From: Escherichia phage QL01
Direction: 5' to 3' (one strand)
Sequence record: NC_028847.1
Length of the DNA: 64,000 nucleotides
Within the stretch, counting starts at the first letter, position 1. Each line of letters opens with the position of its first letter. Shown piece by piece: positions 8,806 through 18,165 of this stretch. Below the pieces are notes generated by a model that saw only the letters and a list, made by a program, of their open reading frames with translations, was not told where the DNA came from and did not search any database. A program made the translations under genes and the position numbers.

Positions 8806-10137
8806 TCAAACGTAGTAGGCGTCAGTACGAGCACGAGTAATACTAACATAAGCCAGCTGTGAAGCTAAATTCGCATCAGCCATATGCATGCATGGAGTAT
8901 AGATGAAACTGTTTTGGACTGTAAGTCCTTGGGATTTATGAACAGTGCTCACAGGAAGAGCTCGAACCTTACTGAACATTCGCTTGGCTTTCCAGAAATC
9001 AGCCCACTTAGGTTTCTTACCACTACCACGCATGGCTTTGTACTCTGTAGCAACCTTAGCCAAGAAATAATGGAACTTCTCAACTGAAGCCTCATCGATA
9101 ACCTTTAAATGCTCTACATAGTACTCGTCGTCTTCATCAACAGATTCTACTTGCAGGTCCCAGTAATTAATCATTTGACGAGTGCCTACATCCTTAGCAG
9201 ACAAAAACAACGAGGTATGGTTCACATCCAGAATACGAACCATTTGTCCATTATTAAAAATGGTTTCAGAGAATTTCTTACCATCGTATTCAAGTTCCTT
9301 CATAAAAGGCTCTTGCATCACTAGGATTTCGCCCTTGATATAAGGTGCATCGGTTTCATAAAGCTTTTTACGAATAATGCTATTCAGCTTTTCAACCGAT
9401 TTATTGGTATAAGCAAACATCCTATTTTCAAATAAGGCATCAGCATCTTTTACAATGGAAAAATAATTCATCATAAAATCTTTTAATGCTGTTTGGGATT
9501 TAAAACCATGGACACCATGTCCTTCGAATACACAATCTCTAAACCATCCGCCATTACGGATTTCAGTAGCAACCTCAATGATTGGAGCATTGCTACGCAT
9601 TACTTCGGTCAAATGCAATTGCTTGATTTTTGGATGGGTAAAGAACGGAGACAACTGTGGACTACCATCACTTCCAGGTTCCACTGGCTGTAGCTGAGCT
9701 CTGTCGCCAATCCCTAATACAGTACACCATGGTGGCACTGAAGATTCGATAATCTTAAACAGCTTACCGTCAATCATCGAGCCTTCATCAACAACCAGAA
9801 CGTTACATTTGCTCAAGTCAGGAGCTTCGCGTTGTTCAAAGATGTCCTGGTCTTCGTACGTAGTAGGGTTAATTTTTAGAATTCTATGAATTGTTGATGC
9901 TTCTTGACCTGCGAGTTTCGACAATACCTTTTTGGCCGCATGAGTAGGCGCAGTCAAAATAACTCCGAGTTCACCATTCTTGACTAGATGGTCAAGAATA
10001 AATTTGGTAAGGGTTGTTTTACCTGTACCAGCAGGACCGTTCAATGTAATCCATTCACCCTTACGTCGTTTAATAGCTTCAATGATTTCTTTAAAGGCCG
10101 TCCTCTGGCCGTTGTTCAAGTCTTCAAATGTAATCAT
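8806..10137 (-). CDS. dda: Dda SF1B DNA helicase
   Basis: 443 aa; Walker A GPAGTGKTT, AAPTHAAKK, VVDEGSM; close match to T4 Dda N-terminus. Confidence 0.9.
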   Translation of the reverse strand: MITFEDLNNGQRTAFKEIIEAIKRRKGEWITLNGPAGTGKTTLTKFILDHLVKNGELGVILTAPTHAAKKVLSKLAGQEASTIHRILKINPTTYEDQDIFEQREAPDLSKCNVLVVDEGSMIDGKLFKIIESSVPPWCTVLGIGDRAQLQPVEPGSDGSPQLSPFFTHPKIKQLHLTEVMRSNAPIIEVATEIRNGGWFRDCVFEGHGVHGFKSQTALKDFMMNYFSIVKDADALFENRMFAYTNKSVEKLNSIIRKKLYETDAPYIKGEILVMQEPFMKELEYDGKKFSETIFNNGQMVRILDVNHTSLFLSAKDVGTRQMINYWDLQVESVDEDDEYYVEHLKVIDEASVEKFHYFLAKVATEYKAMRGSGKKPKWADFWKAKRMFSKVRALPVSTVHKSQGLTVQNSFIYTPCMHMADANLASQLAYVSITRARTDAYYV

Positions 10138-10433
10138 GCCAATTTTACTCGCTTAACATATAAAGTGTCTAAAACTAATTTAAGTTCTCGGGCTCGTTCT
10201 TCGGTAGGATATACTGTTTTAGTTTCCCACTTATCAAACCACCATTTTCTAGGTGTGCACACCGTTTCAAGGCGTCCAAGCCGAAGATATCTTTTTGTTG
10301 ACATTTCATAAACGGATAGAGCGGTATCGGCTCCAATCTTTGTCGAATACAAAGTCACTTCACCGGCCTCTTCTAATGGAATTTCGTACCCGTCTTTGTC
10401 CTTGTGAACTAATACGTATGCATAGTACATCAC
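10134..10433 (-). CDS. hypothetical protein
   Basis: 99 aa ORF translationally coupled to dda. Confidence 0.45.
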   Translation of the reverse strand: MMYYAYVLVHKDKDGYEIPLEEAGEVTLYSTKIGADTALSVYEMSTKRYLRLGRLETVCTPRKWWFDKWETKTVYPTEERARELKLVLDTLYVKRVKLA

Positions 10434-10434
10434 G

Positions 10435-11184
10435 TTAACCTCTAATCAGTGAAAAAATTGAAGCATTCAGCGGAAGACCTTTTTTCAACTTCATTTTGTC
10501 AATAAAAGAAAGGTGTTCTAAACGCTCCAGACCTTGAATAATTTTATCATACATATCGTAACGCGTTTCTGCTTCAGACAATTTAAACTTGACACGCCAA
10601 TCAGGCCCACCAATTAAAGATTTAAGACCCTTTTCCATAGTACCTATTGAAGCGTTAGAACCATGGATACGGGCCTTAACCGCGATGACAGAAGGGGTCT
10701 TATCAGTAGCTCCTGATTTAATAAGGTCCTTAAGACGTTTTTCACGCTTTTTAAGACCTCTTTGGGTATCTTTAATATTTTTAACTATTTTACGAATTTT
10801 ATAATAATTATCTGGGGTAACTTTAAAACTATTAGGCATTTTAGAACCACCTGAAATACGGGACGCTAAACGAGTCTGTGCACGTTTCAATTCATCTAAA
10901 GACAAATCAGCTCGCAACCCGTTGTACTTAACTTTAACCGGGATTACATTACCTTCGATATAACCTATATCGTTGTTAAAGCGTTCAAACGAAATCTTAT
11001 CTTTATCTGAATTCTCATCAAAGCGCTCGCCCGAATATGCACACACTTTTTGTTCAAGAAGTCTACGAACGTACTTACTAGACAGGTTAAAGTCCTTACC
11101 ACGTTTTTTGGCAGAGGCTTTAGTGTGTTCGCGACGTTTGTAAACCTTTAACTCAAATTCATCGTTAGTTTTAATAGTAGGCAT
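10435..11184 (-). CDS. Srd-position protein, lysine-rich (possible degenerate HNH-like segment)
   Basis: 249 aa basic protein at the T4 srd locus between dda and modA/B; identity by synteny and size only. Confidence 0.4.
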   Translation of the reverse strand: MPTIKTNDEFELKVYKRREHTKASAKKRGKDFNLSSKYVRRLLEQKVCAYSGERFDENSDKDKISFERFNNDIGYIEGNVIPVKVKYNGLRADLSLDELKRAQTRLASRISGGSKMPNSFKVTPDNYYKIRKIVKNIKDTQRGLKKREKRLKDLIKSGATDKTPSVIAVKARIHGSNASIGTMEKGLKSLIGGPDWRVKFKLSEAETRYDMYDKIIQGLERLEHLSFIDKMKLKKGLPLNASIFSLIRG

Positions 11185-11224
11185 AATATTTTTCTCATCT
11201 TACGGACGATTAGCTGATAGGTCT

Positions 11225-11253
11225 ATAGTATCATGTTGCTCGGTAAAGTAAAC
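11225..11253 (-). promoter_or_regulatory. early-type promoter cassette
   Basis: GTTTAC, 17 nt, TACTAT. Confidence 0.5.
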
Positions 11254-11322
11254 ACTTTTTTGCTTTAAATTTTCGACAGTATAATGAATCAAGGACTTTG
11301 CCTTTCAATTAAACCGGGTGGT

Positions 11323-11937
11323 TCAGTAAGAAAGAACGGAAAGATTCCAAATGGTGTAATTATTCCATTTAGGATTTCTCTCAATAGAGTCTACGCGCAG
11401 CGTAGTTCCCGCAGGGAACATCATCTCATCTTCATCATTGATTAATTGTAAGTTTGCTACACGGGTAGATTCAGGAAATGCACCTGGGAACTCTTCAGGG
11501 GGCGCGGCACATAACATTTTAAAGATTTCTTCCTGATAATTGTACACAAATGGTGCATCATTAATACAAAAGATATTAAATGTGCCGTAGAAGTTATAAG
11601 ATGCGAAGTTACGAGCTACATTGAAATCTTTTGAGAAGCTCATTACTCGGTCGAATTCAATTACGGCACCTACACACATAGTAGATTCAAGATATGCCAT
11701 AGTCTTCTTAGAAATCCCACGGTACAACTTGTCAGGCACTACAGAAGTCAGGTTCTTACGAATAATTTTGTTCAGAGTTTCCTGGATAGTATCCGGTTTA
11801 TTTTCCATACACTGCCAGAGGGTACTCTGTTCTAAATCAGAATACACCTCATCAATTTCTATCTGAGTATTCTCACGGAAATCATCGCATTTGGCATTGT
11901 TGATAAATTCTGCTAATTTATGGCTTGGATATAACAT
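11323..11937 (-). CDS. modB: ADP-ribosyltransferase, ModB-like
   Basis: 204 aa; R-S-ExE signature (LYRG with Arg73, MSFSKD, NDEDEM); tandem with a paralog. Confidence 0.6.
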   Translation of the reverse strand: MLYPSHKLAEFINNAKCDDFRENTQIEIDEVYSDLEQSTLWQCMENKPDTIQETLNKIIRKNLTSVVPDKLYRGISKKTMAYLESTMCVGAVIEFDRVMSFSKDFNVARNFASYNFYGTFNIFCINDAPFVYNYQEEIFKMLCAAPPEEFPGAFPESTRVANLQLINDEDEMMFPAGTTLRVDSIERNPKWNNYTIWNLSVLSY

Positions 11938-11962
11938 ATTATTCTCCTCAGTTGATAGAAAG

Positions 11963-11992
11963 ATAGTACCACAAGCTTCCTTGCCTGTAAAC
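11963..11992 (-). promoter_or_regulatory. early-type promoter cassette
   Basis: GTTTAC, 18 nt, TACTAT. Confidence 0.5.
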
Positions 11993-12561
11993 TAAAAATC
12001 CAACATTTTTAAATGAATTGTTTTGTACTCGATTTCGTACGGGTCCCTTTTGACGGTTTCGATTTCAACAATCTCAAATCTTGATAGGCTGGAGACCATG
12101 AACTCACATTCAGTTTCAACCATATCATAGAGGTCAATACGGGTTTCATCTATTTCAAGCTCATCCACATTCCCTGCAAGAACAAGGTCGATAGCATGAT
12201 TGTAGTAGTCGAAAATGAACGGTGCATTCCTGAGACTTAAAATGGTTTTGGTTCCATATTCCCATGCCCCTGCGAATTGACGAGCCTGAGAGTATTGTGT
12301 ACTAAAAGAAGTAACTCGACCAGGAGACCATTGACAACCTACTGAAAGGAGCTCTAATTGCTCAAGTTCTCTGGTGGTAATCCCACGATACAACTCTACT
12401 GGAACCGCTGAAGTAACATGCTTGCGAACCAGTTTGTCAAGGTCGTAATGGAAGTTAGGGTCTTTTTTAGCATCCAGACATTTTTCTAAAAGATTCTGTT
12501 CGTGTTTTGAGAATTTGGAATTGATTCGGTCTTGATAAAGACATTTTTGTTCGATGTTCAT
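11992..12561 (-). CDS. modA: ADP-ribosyltransferase, ModA-like
   Basis: 189 aa; LYRGIT, SFSTQ and acidic ExE-like region; upstream member of the pair. Confidence 0.55.
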   Translation of the reverse strand: MNIEQKCLYQDRINSKFSKHEQNLLEKCLDAKKDPNFHYDLDKLVRKHVTSAVPVELYRGITTRELEQLELLSVGCQWSPGRVTSFSTQYSQARQFAGAWEYGTKTILSLRNAPFIFDYYNHAIDLVLAGNVDELEIDETRIDLYDMVETECEFMVSSLSRFEIVEIETVKRDPYEIEYKTIHLKMLDF

Positions 12562-12585
12562 ATGACCTCCGGTGATTTAGAGGTC

Positions 12586-12615
12586 ATTATAACATGAAGG
12601 GAGGAGGTGTAAAAC
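12586..12615 (-). promoter_or_regulatory. early-type promoter with inverted repeat
   Basis: GTTTTAC, 17 nt, TATAAT; arms GACCTC/GAGGTC. Confidence 0.45.
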
Positions 12616-12616
12616 T

Positions 12617-12805
12617 TTATTTTACCCAAGGGGCCCAGGGTGGAGGGTCTAAGTAATAAGAAGCAAGGTCGCTAAGAGCATCTTTAGGCAACTTAAAACC
12701 GTGCTTCTGTATAATCATATCAAGTTCATTGACAAGGTCAACAGGCGGCTCCTGAGTTGTTTCAGGCTCAGGGTCCGGAATGACGAACATATCAAACAAG
12801 TCCAT
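12617..12805 (-). CDS. hypothetical protein
   Basis: 62 aa acidic ORF, coupled to next gene. Confidence 0.4.
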   Translation of the reverse strand: MDLFDMFVIPDPEPETTQEPPVDLVNELDMIIQKHGFKLPKDALSDLASYYLDPPPWAPWVK

Positions 12806-13293
12806 TAGTAACCACCGATAGGACCGTAGCCATACATACGAGCTCGCGCCTTAGCATCACGAATAGCGTCTTCAGTCATGGTAAAGCGCAATCCGATATC
12901 AAAGTGCTTCCAAATCTGACGTTCAACTTCATTAAGGTCTTCGGTAGCGGAAATAAGATAAGTACTACCTTTAAGACGTTCGTTGGACATTCTATCGGTA
13001 TCTTTATAGAAAATGTCCATTGTTCCTTCGCCATACGGGTCTGGATAACGATAACCCTTGATATGTAATGCTTCAGCCAGGCTAAAAGGACAACCTTCAG
13101 CAACATCAACATTTTTATTATGATACGCCTTCATCATAATATTTTCTGGAAGCTTAATATCTTTTAATCGTGTTTCTAACTGGGTTATAGAATTCGTGCC
13201 ATTATCGACAAGGATAAGACATGCCGTAGCATCATAAGGTCGCGTTTGTCCGGCAGAATCACGTACATGGAATTCGAGTTCATAGACTTTCAT
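12805..13293 (-). CDS. hypothetical protein (Mrh position)
   Basis: 162 aa; size and position match T4 mrh; no motif confirmation. Confidence 0.4.
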   Translation of the reverse strand: MKVYELEFHVRDSAGQTRPYDATACLILVDNGTNSITQLETRLKDIKLPENIMMKAYHNKNVDVAEGCPFSLAEALHIKGYRYPDPYGEGTMDIFYKDTDRMSNERLKGSTYLISATEDLNEVERQIWKHFDIGLRFTMTEDAIRDAKARARMYGYGPIGGY

Positions 13294-13443
13294 TATATTT
13301 TCCTCTTTTTAGTTTACCTACTAAAGGACCATCCGGAATTTTATTTTCTTGGATGTATTTCTCGTTTTCTTCCATCATTTTACTACCAATTTTAAGAAGC
13401 AAATCCAGTGCCTCTTTAGCTTGTTTTTCGGCCTCTTCAGTAG

Positions 13444-13644
13444 TCATGATTTATCCCCATAGATGTCACGCATAATTCTAAGAGCTTCGCGTTCTAATTT
13501 CTTTTCGCGTTCTTCACGGATACCTTTAAGAATCCATTCTTCGGACTCGCGTTTCATTTCTGCATTAGCTTGGTCCAACCACCCGTCATCAAGATAATCA
13601 CCAGGACGGTCTAGCCAATCTTTAAGCCATGATAAAGGTTTCAT
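13444..13644 (-). CDS. hypothetical protein
   Basis: 66 aa ORF, coupled. Confidence 0.4.
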   Translation of the reverse strand: MKPLSWLKDWLDRPGDYLDDGWLDQANAEMKRESEEWILKGIREEREKKLEREALRIMRDIYGDKS

Positions 13645-13979
13645 TAATCACACGAGCCGGACGATGAGTCACAGCTTCCTGAGTCATAAGACGAATAAGA
13701 AGAATCACCAGTCCAAGAACTGACAGCAGCCGCAACCATAATAGGAGTAGTATCAATATGGCTTGTGCGACGAGCTTCTAGATGCTCTTTAAACTTTTTA
13801 GAATTCAAAGGAAGGGCACCCGGGCCTACATTACCGGCTTTTTCAGGTTGACGGATAACTTCTTCCATCATACCATCGCCCACATAAACATATTCCCTTA
13901 ACTTAACGTCTGATGGACTAATAGGAACCGGCCCTTCGCCAGGGGTAATCTTGAAAAAATTCTTAAGCCAACGAATCAT
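13644..13979 (-). CDS. hypothetical protein with Ser/Cys/Asp-rich tail
   Basis: 111 aa; C-terminal SSYSSYDSGSCDSSSGSCD low-complexity tail. Confidence 0.45.
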   Translation of the reverse strand: MIRWLKNFFKITPGEGPVPISPSDVKLREYVYVGDGMMEEVIRQPEKAGNVGPGALPLNSKKFKEHLEARRTSHIDTTPIMVAAAVSSWTGDSSYSSYDSGSCDSSSGSCD

Positions 13980-14185
13980 AGGAAACCTCGTTTAAATTCA
14001 ACTTTATCAATATCATCAGTCTCGTGACGGATTTCGGCATTAAATTCGATAGAACCGTCTTCATGCATCATAAATGAATGGACAATAACTTCGGTATACC
14101 AAGGCGTATAAAAGTACTTTTTCAATACGTGGTTAGCGATAATTTCATCCAAAGTTTTATTAGGTTTAATCCAACGATTTAACAT
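13976..14185 (-). CDS. hypothetical protein
   Basis: Trimmed to Met13 with GAGGAGA SD. Confidence 0.45.
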   Translation of the reverse strand: MLNRWIKPNKTLDEIIANHVLKKYFYTPWYTEVIVHSFMMHEDGSIEFNAEIRHETDDIDKVEFKRGFL

Positions 14186-14256
14186 AGCATTCTCCTCTAT
14201 AAGATAAGACCATCTTAACATAACCTTCTTAGAAAGTAAACCCTTAAAACCAAAAA

Positions 14257-14276
14257 AGGAACCCGAAGGTTCCTTA
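14257..14276 (-). terminator. intrinsic terminator after soc
   Basis: Stem AAGGAACC/GGTTCCTT, UUCG loop, U6 tract. Confidence 0.65.
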
Positions 14277-14279
14277 TAA

Positions 14280-14513
14280 TTAAACTACTGGGGTAGGCGT
14301 AAACATCGCCGCGTTCTTAGTTCGCCAATCGGCTGCATCAGTTACTACAGTAGTGTATGCCGCCTTTTCAGAAGGAAATGTCTGATAGTGTGCATTCGCA
14401 ATACGATGCTCGTTTGAATAGATTTCAAACGGGACAGATACTTCAACACCTTTAACTTCTTTACCTTCACCAGCCGGATGCGTAAAGGTTTTAATATTAA
14501 CGAAACCACCCAT
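14280..14513 (-). CDS. soc: small outer capsid protein
   Basis: 77 aa; VNIKTF and AHYQTFPSEKAAY motifs as in T4 Soc; late promoter upstream, terminator downstream. Confidence 0.85.
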   Translation of the reverse strand: MGGFVNIKTFTHPAGEGKEVKGVEVSVPFEIYSNEHRIANAHYQTFPSEKAAYTTVVTDAADWRTKNAAMFTPTPVV

Positions 14514-14544
14514 AATTAACTCCTTTGTTGTTTAATTACAGGTG

Positions 14545-14552
14545 TATTTATA
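14545..14552 (-). promoter_or_regulatory. late promoter (TATAAATA) for soc
   Basis: Exact TATAAATA on minus strand about 30 nt upstream of soc ATG. Confidence 0.6.
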
Positions 14553-14554
14553 AC

Positions 14555-15076
14555 TTAATAACCTCGGTCCTGGCGAGCAAAGTTCTCGGCATTTTTCAGG
14601 TAATACAGTTTAAAGATTTCTTCAGCAGTCAGTCCAAGACCTTGGAACATATTCAGAACAAAGTGCAGAATATCAATCATTTCGAATTTAATTTCGAGCT
14701 GGTCTTCAGGAGACAAATCGTTAATCAGGGTTTCACGACGTTCAGCATGTTGAGCTTTCCAAGGCTTCCATACAGCGCTCGCATCTTTTTCGCCATTGCT
14801 CATGCCACCAAGAGAAGTCAGAAGTTCGCGGAATTCATCATCAATATAATCTTTCTGATTGCGCAACCAATCAACAACTTCACCTGCAGTAGCCAAGTCA
14901 TCAGGATGACGGTTATATTCAGGTTTATCTTTAGCCAAACGGACCTGTAATGATTTCTGCATATCAAGCATAACCTGCAGAGGGTCTTTATCTTCGTGAA
15001 TCAGAGCATTAAAATAAGCTTCCTCAGCTTTATCAACACCAGCAATAAGTTGTGAGCATTCGTTAAAGTGTGCCAT
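14555..15076 (-). CDS. 56: dCTP pyrophosphatase (MazG-like)
   Basis: 173 aa; size, position between soc and 61; MazG-like helical NTP-PPase pattern. Confidence 0.8.
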   Translation of the reverse strand: MAHFNECSQLIAGVDKAEEAYFNALIHEDKDPLQVMLDMQKSLQVRLAKDKPEYNRHPDDLATAGEVVDWLRNQKDYIDDEFRELLTSLGGMSNGEKDASAVWKPWKAQHAERRETLINDLSPEDQLEIKFEMIDILHFVLNMFQGLGLTAEEIFKLYYLKNAENFARQDRGY

Positions 15077-15167
15077 TATATTTTTTCCTTTTCAATTCAT
15101 TAGTAAGTTAGATAATTATAAACTGTTAGATTAAAGCGAATAAATATTAATTTAACAGGAGGATAAC

Positions 15168-15368
15168 ATGGGCAGTATTTTTTACCAAATCTGGAAATTG
15201 GCCGAAAAGAAAGACAAGAAAATGATGTTAGGTTTTCTTGCGCTAGACGTATTCCTTTGGAATCTTCTAGTAGTCCCTGTAGCCGCTAGCCAAGGGATAA
15301 TTTTACCAGCGGTTACAATGGAACACGTATTAAGCATAATTGGATTCTTTAGCGGAGTTCCTGCCTAA
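15168..15368 (+). CDS. small hydrophobic membrane peptide, plus strand
   Basis: 66 aa; AGGAGG SD 5 nt before ATG; predicted TM segments; only well-supported plus-strand ORF in window. Confidence 0.4.
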   Translation: MGSIFYQIWKLAEKKDKKMMLGFLALDVFLWNLLVVPVAASQGIILPAVTMEHVLSIIGFFSGVPA

Positions 15369-16393
15369 ATTTTAGAATATTTTGAAAGTCTCATTTTTGC
15401 CATTAAACCTTGGGCTATATTAGCTTTCATATATGCCAGTACATCATTTATATCAGCTTTATCTTTCATAATCATATCATTTATATCTTTAGAAGGCCAT
15501 GGAGCCTTGTCCCAGAATAGAACCCTTTCGCCAGCATCAACTAATCGTTGCATACGCTTAATTGTGTCAGGATGGCGGGGTTCATTGTCCATTACCCAGG
15601 CACGAGTTTCTTTACATGGAACCATAGCCAAGTCCAACGACCCGCCAGTAATTGCTATTGCATTCGGAACAAACAAAGAGTCAATAGGGCCTTCCATTAC
15701 CCACACCAACTGACGTTCGTCAACTGTATCCATTCCATATATTTTTGTAGCTTGGTCATGAGCTTTTATTGTAATATATTTTTGTGGAGCATCTTTACGT
15801 AAGGCTCGACCCTGAAAACTTTCAATTTGTTTATTCTTATTGAAAATTGGAATAACCAAACGAGGCTCAGGCATTTCTTTAGAATAGGTCCCTGGATTGA
15901 CAGAGTTCACCAATGCCGGCCATTCTTTAGTAAACCATAAGCGATTCCATTTGTTTTCAGGAATGCAACGTAGTGTTACATATTTGATAATAGGATGGTC
16001 CTTTGGCATTCTATCCAGACGTTCACAGAAATTAAGCTTTTCGATGACAGGCATCTTGGCTTTAATCTTTTCTGATATCTCCACCTTAGGTGCAGCTTGT
16101 CTCCCGAACGATTGCTCTTTATGTTTCTCAAGAATATATTCTCGATATAAATCAGGCTCATATTCGTATAGATACTTCTTAATTCCTGCTGAATAGTCAC
16201 AGTTAAAACAGTGCAGCATTACGGAGCCGTCATTGGCCGGATAGGCCCAAAAACGAGCTTTGTTCTCATCTTTTAGGGAGTCGCCACATACACGACAACG
16301 ACAGTTTAATTTAAAATCACTACCAGTTACTTGTCTGAATTTAGGTTGATAATTCAAGGCACGTACAGCAAATTCTCTATCGACATATGACAT
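15365..16393 (-). CDS. 61: DNA primase
   Basis: 342 aa; zinc-binding CRCRVCGD...CFNC and TOPRIM-like region; matches T4 gp61 size. Confidence 0.9.
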   Translation of the reverse strand: MSYVDREFAVRALNYQPKFRQVTGSDFKLNCRCRVCGDSLKDENKARFWAYPANDGSVMLHCFNCDYSAGIKKYLYEYEPDLYREYILEKHKEQSFGRQAAPKVEISEKIKAKMPVIEKLNFCERLDRMPKDHPIIKYVTLRCIPENKWNRLWFTKEWPALVNSVNPGTYSKEMPEPRLVIPIFNKNKQIESFQGRALRKDAPQKYITIKAHDQATKIYGMDTVDERQLVWVMEGPIDSLFVPNAIAITGGSLDLAMVPCKETRAWVMDNEPRHPDTIKRMQRLVDAGERVLFWDKAPWPSKDINDMIMKDKADINDVLAYMKANIAQGLMAKMRLSKYSKI

Positions 16394-16609
16394 TATTTTT
16401 CCTTGGGCTCTAAATTAATAGAGCCATTATATCATTCGTTTTCGGATTTTTCTTTACGCTTTTTAGATGGGATTTGTTCAGGCCCTTTGTTGACGACTGC
16501 GCCTGAGGTAGTTCCGGAGGCAATATTAGATGGGTTTCCACCTGCATCGCCTGCGACCATATCTTCGTTCATAACTTCTTTAAAAGATTTCATAGGCTCC
16601 TGGCCTTAT

Positions 16610-16801
16610 TTATATTACGAAAATAGCTTTATCACCATTTGCATCAGTGACTTCGTACGTATCTTCGTGGTAAAGTGGAATAATCCAAGTCACACCATCA
16701 CCGGCAATAATATGGATAGCTTCTTGGTCCTTTGATACGATTTCATACTCTTCGAATAATTCGAATACAGAAATCTTAGAGCCCGTACACATTGCACTCA
16801 T
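16610..16801 (-). CDS. hypothetical protein
   Basis: Trimmed to Met7. Confidence 0.35.
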   Translation of the reverse strand: MSAMCTGSKISVFELFEEYEIVSKDQEAIHIIAGDGVTWIIPLYHEDTYEVTDANGDKAIFVI

Positions 16802-16997
16802 ATTGTTCCCTTCTCTCAATCAGTTGGCGATGGGCCTTTTTAAGTTTACGAAGCTGGCGCTTAGTCGGCCGTGCGACATAAGCTTGAGTAGTTACTCGTC
16901 CAAAAACACCATACTTAGGTGAAGGAGAATCGATAAAGACTTCCCACTGACAAGAGTAACTATACACGGCTTTAGAGAATTGAGTTAAGACAAACAT
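16776..16997 (-). CDS. hypothetical protein
   Basis: 73 aa ORF, basic. Confidence 0.4.
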   Translation of the reverse strand: MFVLTQFSKAVYSYSCQWEVFIDSPSPKYGVFGRVTTQAYVARPTKRQLRKLKKAHRQLIERREQYECNVYGL

Positions 16998-16998
16998 A

Positions 16999-17439
16999 TT
17001 AACCTCGATTCATAAAGGCATTAAAAATCTGGTCATCTATTGAATAAACCGGAGCTTCCAGAATTTTCAACAGACTGTTTTTGATATACTTGCTAGGGAT
17101 GTCCATATTAACGCGGTCGTTCAATTCGTTGTCTGGGAGGATGTCTTTAAATTCGAATCCATCAAACTCAACCTTGTCAGGAATACCTTCGGCGAAAAAA
17201 TAAACCAATTGGTGCATTGTATTGCGAGAAAATAATTTAGACCTCACCGCAATAAGTTCTTGCCAATGGTTTAATTCTCTGTTAAGAAGTTTATGAGCCA
17301 TTGTAATTCGATCATCGCTATCAACAAGAAAATAACCTAGGTATTGGTGGTCGTCGCTCCAAAACATCCTGTATGCTTGTGCATTTGGATTTTTACAACG
17401 AAGTTTTTTGATAACTAAATTTCTGTTAATCTTATTCAC
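16999..17439 (-). CDS. hypothetical protein
   Basis: 146 aa ORF coupled to neighbours. Confidence 0.45.
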   Translation of the reverse strand: MNKINRNLVIKKLRCKNPNAQAYRMFWSDDHQYLGYFLVDSDDRITMAHKLLNRELNHWQELIAVRSKLFSRNTMHQLVYFFAEGIPDKVEFDGFEFKDILPDNELNDRVNMDIPSKYIKNSLLKILEAPVYSIDDQIFNAFMNRG

Positions 17440-17725
17440 CTGTCACCTCTTTAACGATATTTTTGTTATCGAAATTGGCATCGCAATACAAAACATAGTT
17501 ATATTGCATAACACCGCTTGAAGCCAATTGGTCTGACACTTCTTTAACCATATCAGGGCGGTCGCGTTTAGTGATGTTCATGATATCAGCATAAATCTGA
17601 TGCTCAACCGCTTCTTGATCGGCAGTCATAGACCATTCACAAAGGTCTTTATCCAATCCAGCCGTAACTGGAGCCGTGCCACATGACGCTACTGTAAGGA
17701 TTGCTGCGATTAATAACTTTTTCAT
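17432..17725 (-). CDS. sp: periplasmic protein, Spackle-like (superinfection exclusion)
   Basis: Trimmed to Met11 giving 97 aa with signal peptide MKKLLIAAILTVASCG; position between 61 and dmd as T4 61.3. Confidence 0.5.
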   Translation of the reverse strand: MKKLLIAAILTVASCGTAPVTAGLDKDLCEWSMTADQEAVEHQIYADIMNITKRDRPDMVKEVSDQLASSGVMQYNYVLYCDANFDNKNIVKEVTGE

Positions 17726-17753
17726 AATGTTCTCCTCGGTAGTTGATAGGTCC

Positions 17754-17783
17754 ATAGTATCACTACCATAGACCGTTGTAAAC
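17754..17783 (-). promoter_or_regulatory. early-type promoter cassette
   Basis: GTTTAC, 18 nt, TACTAT. Confidence 0.5.
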
Positions 17784-17784
17784 T

Positions 17785-18024
17785 TTATTTTAATGAATCT
17801 TCCAAATAAATTTTACGGAATTTACGTTTTGTCTGACGAATCTGACGCTTAGTGGGCTTCACAGGAAATTCGAAGAACTCTACGTATTCTTGTTCATAAT
17901 CGTTGTGGCCCACTGAAAGAACTAGTTCCCAGTTGTTTACGGTACGTTGGATAAACATATTATGCTTACCGAAAGATTTATTCCAAAAAGAGCTAGGAGT
18001 TGGTTTCATTAGTACGATATTCAT
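17785..18024 (-). CDS. hypothetical protein
   Basis: 79 aa basic ORF. Confidence 0.4.
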   Translation of the reverse strand: MNIVLMKPTPSSFWNKSFGKHNMFIQRTVNNWELVLSVGHNDYEQEYVEFFEFPVKPTKRQIRQTKRKFRKIYLEDSLK

Positions 18025-18165
18025 TTATTCCTCGCCTTCATGTTTATGAGCAATTTCTTCGAATTCGCTGTCACAGTCTAAACAGGTTGCGTTGTCCCAA
18101 GCATCAAATACTGCCTGGTCTTCACAGACCGAACAACCACATACTACACATTCAAATTCTTCCAT
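18025..18165 (-). CDS. Cys-rich micro-protein (CxxC...C...CxxC)
   Basis: Hand-called 46 aa MEEFECVVCGCSVCEDQAVFDAWDNATCLDCDSEF; exactly fills gap between two track ORFs. Confidence 0.4.
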   Translation of the reverse strand: MEEFECVVCGCSVCEDQAVFDAWDNATCLDCDSEFEEIAHKHEGEE

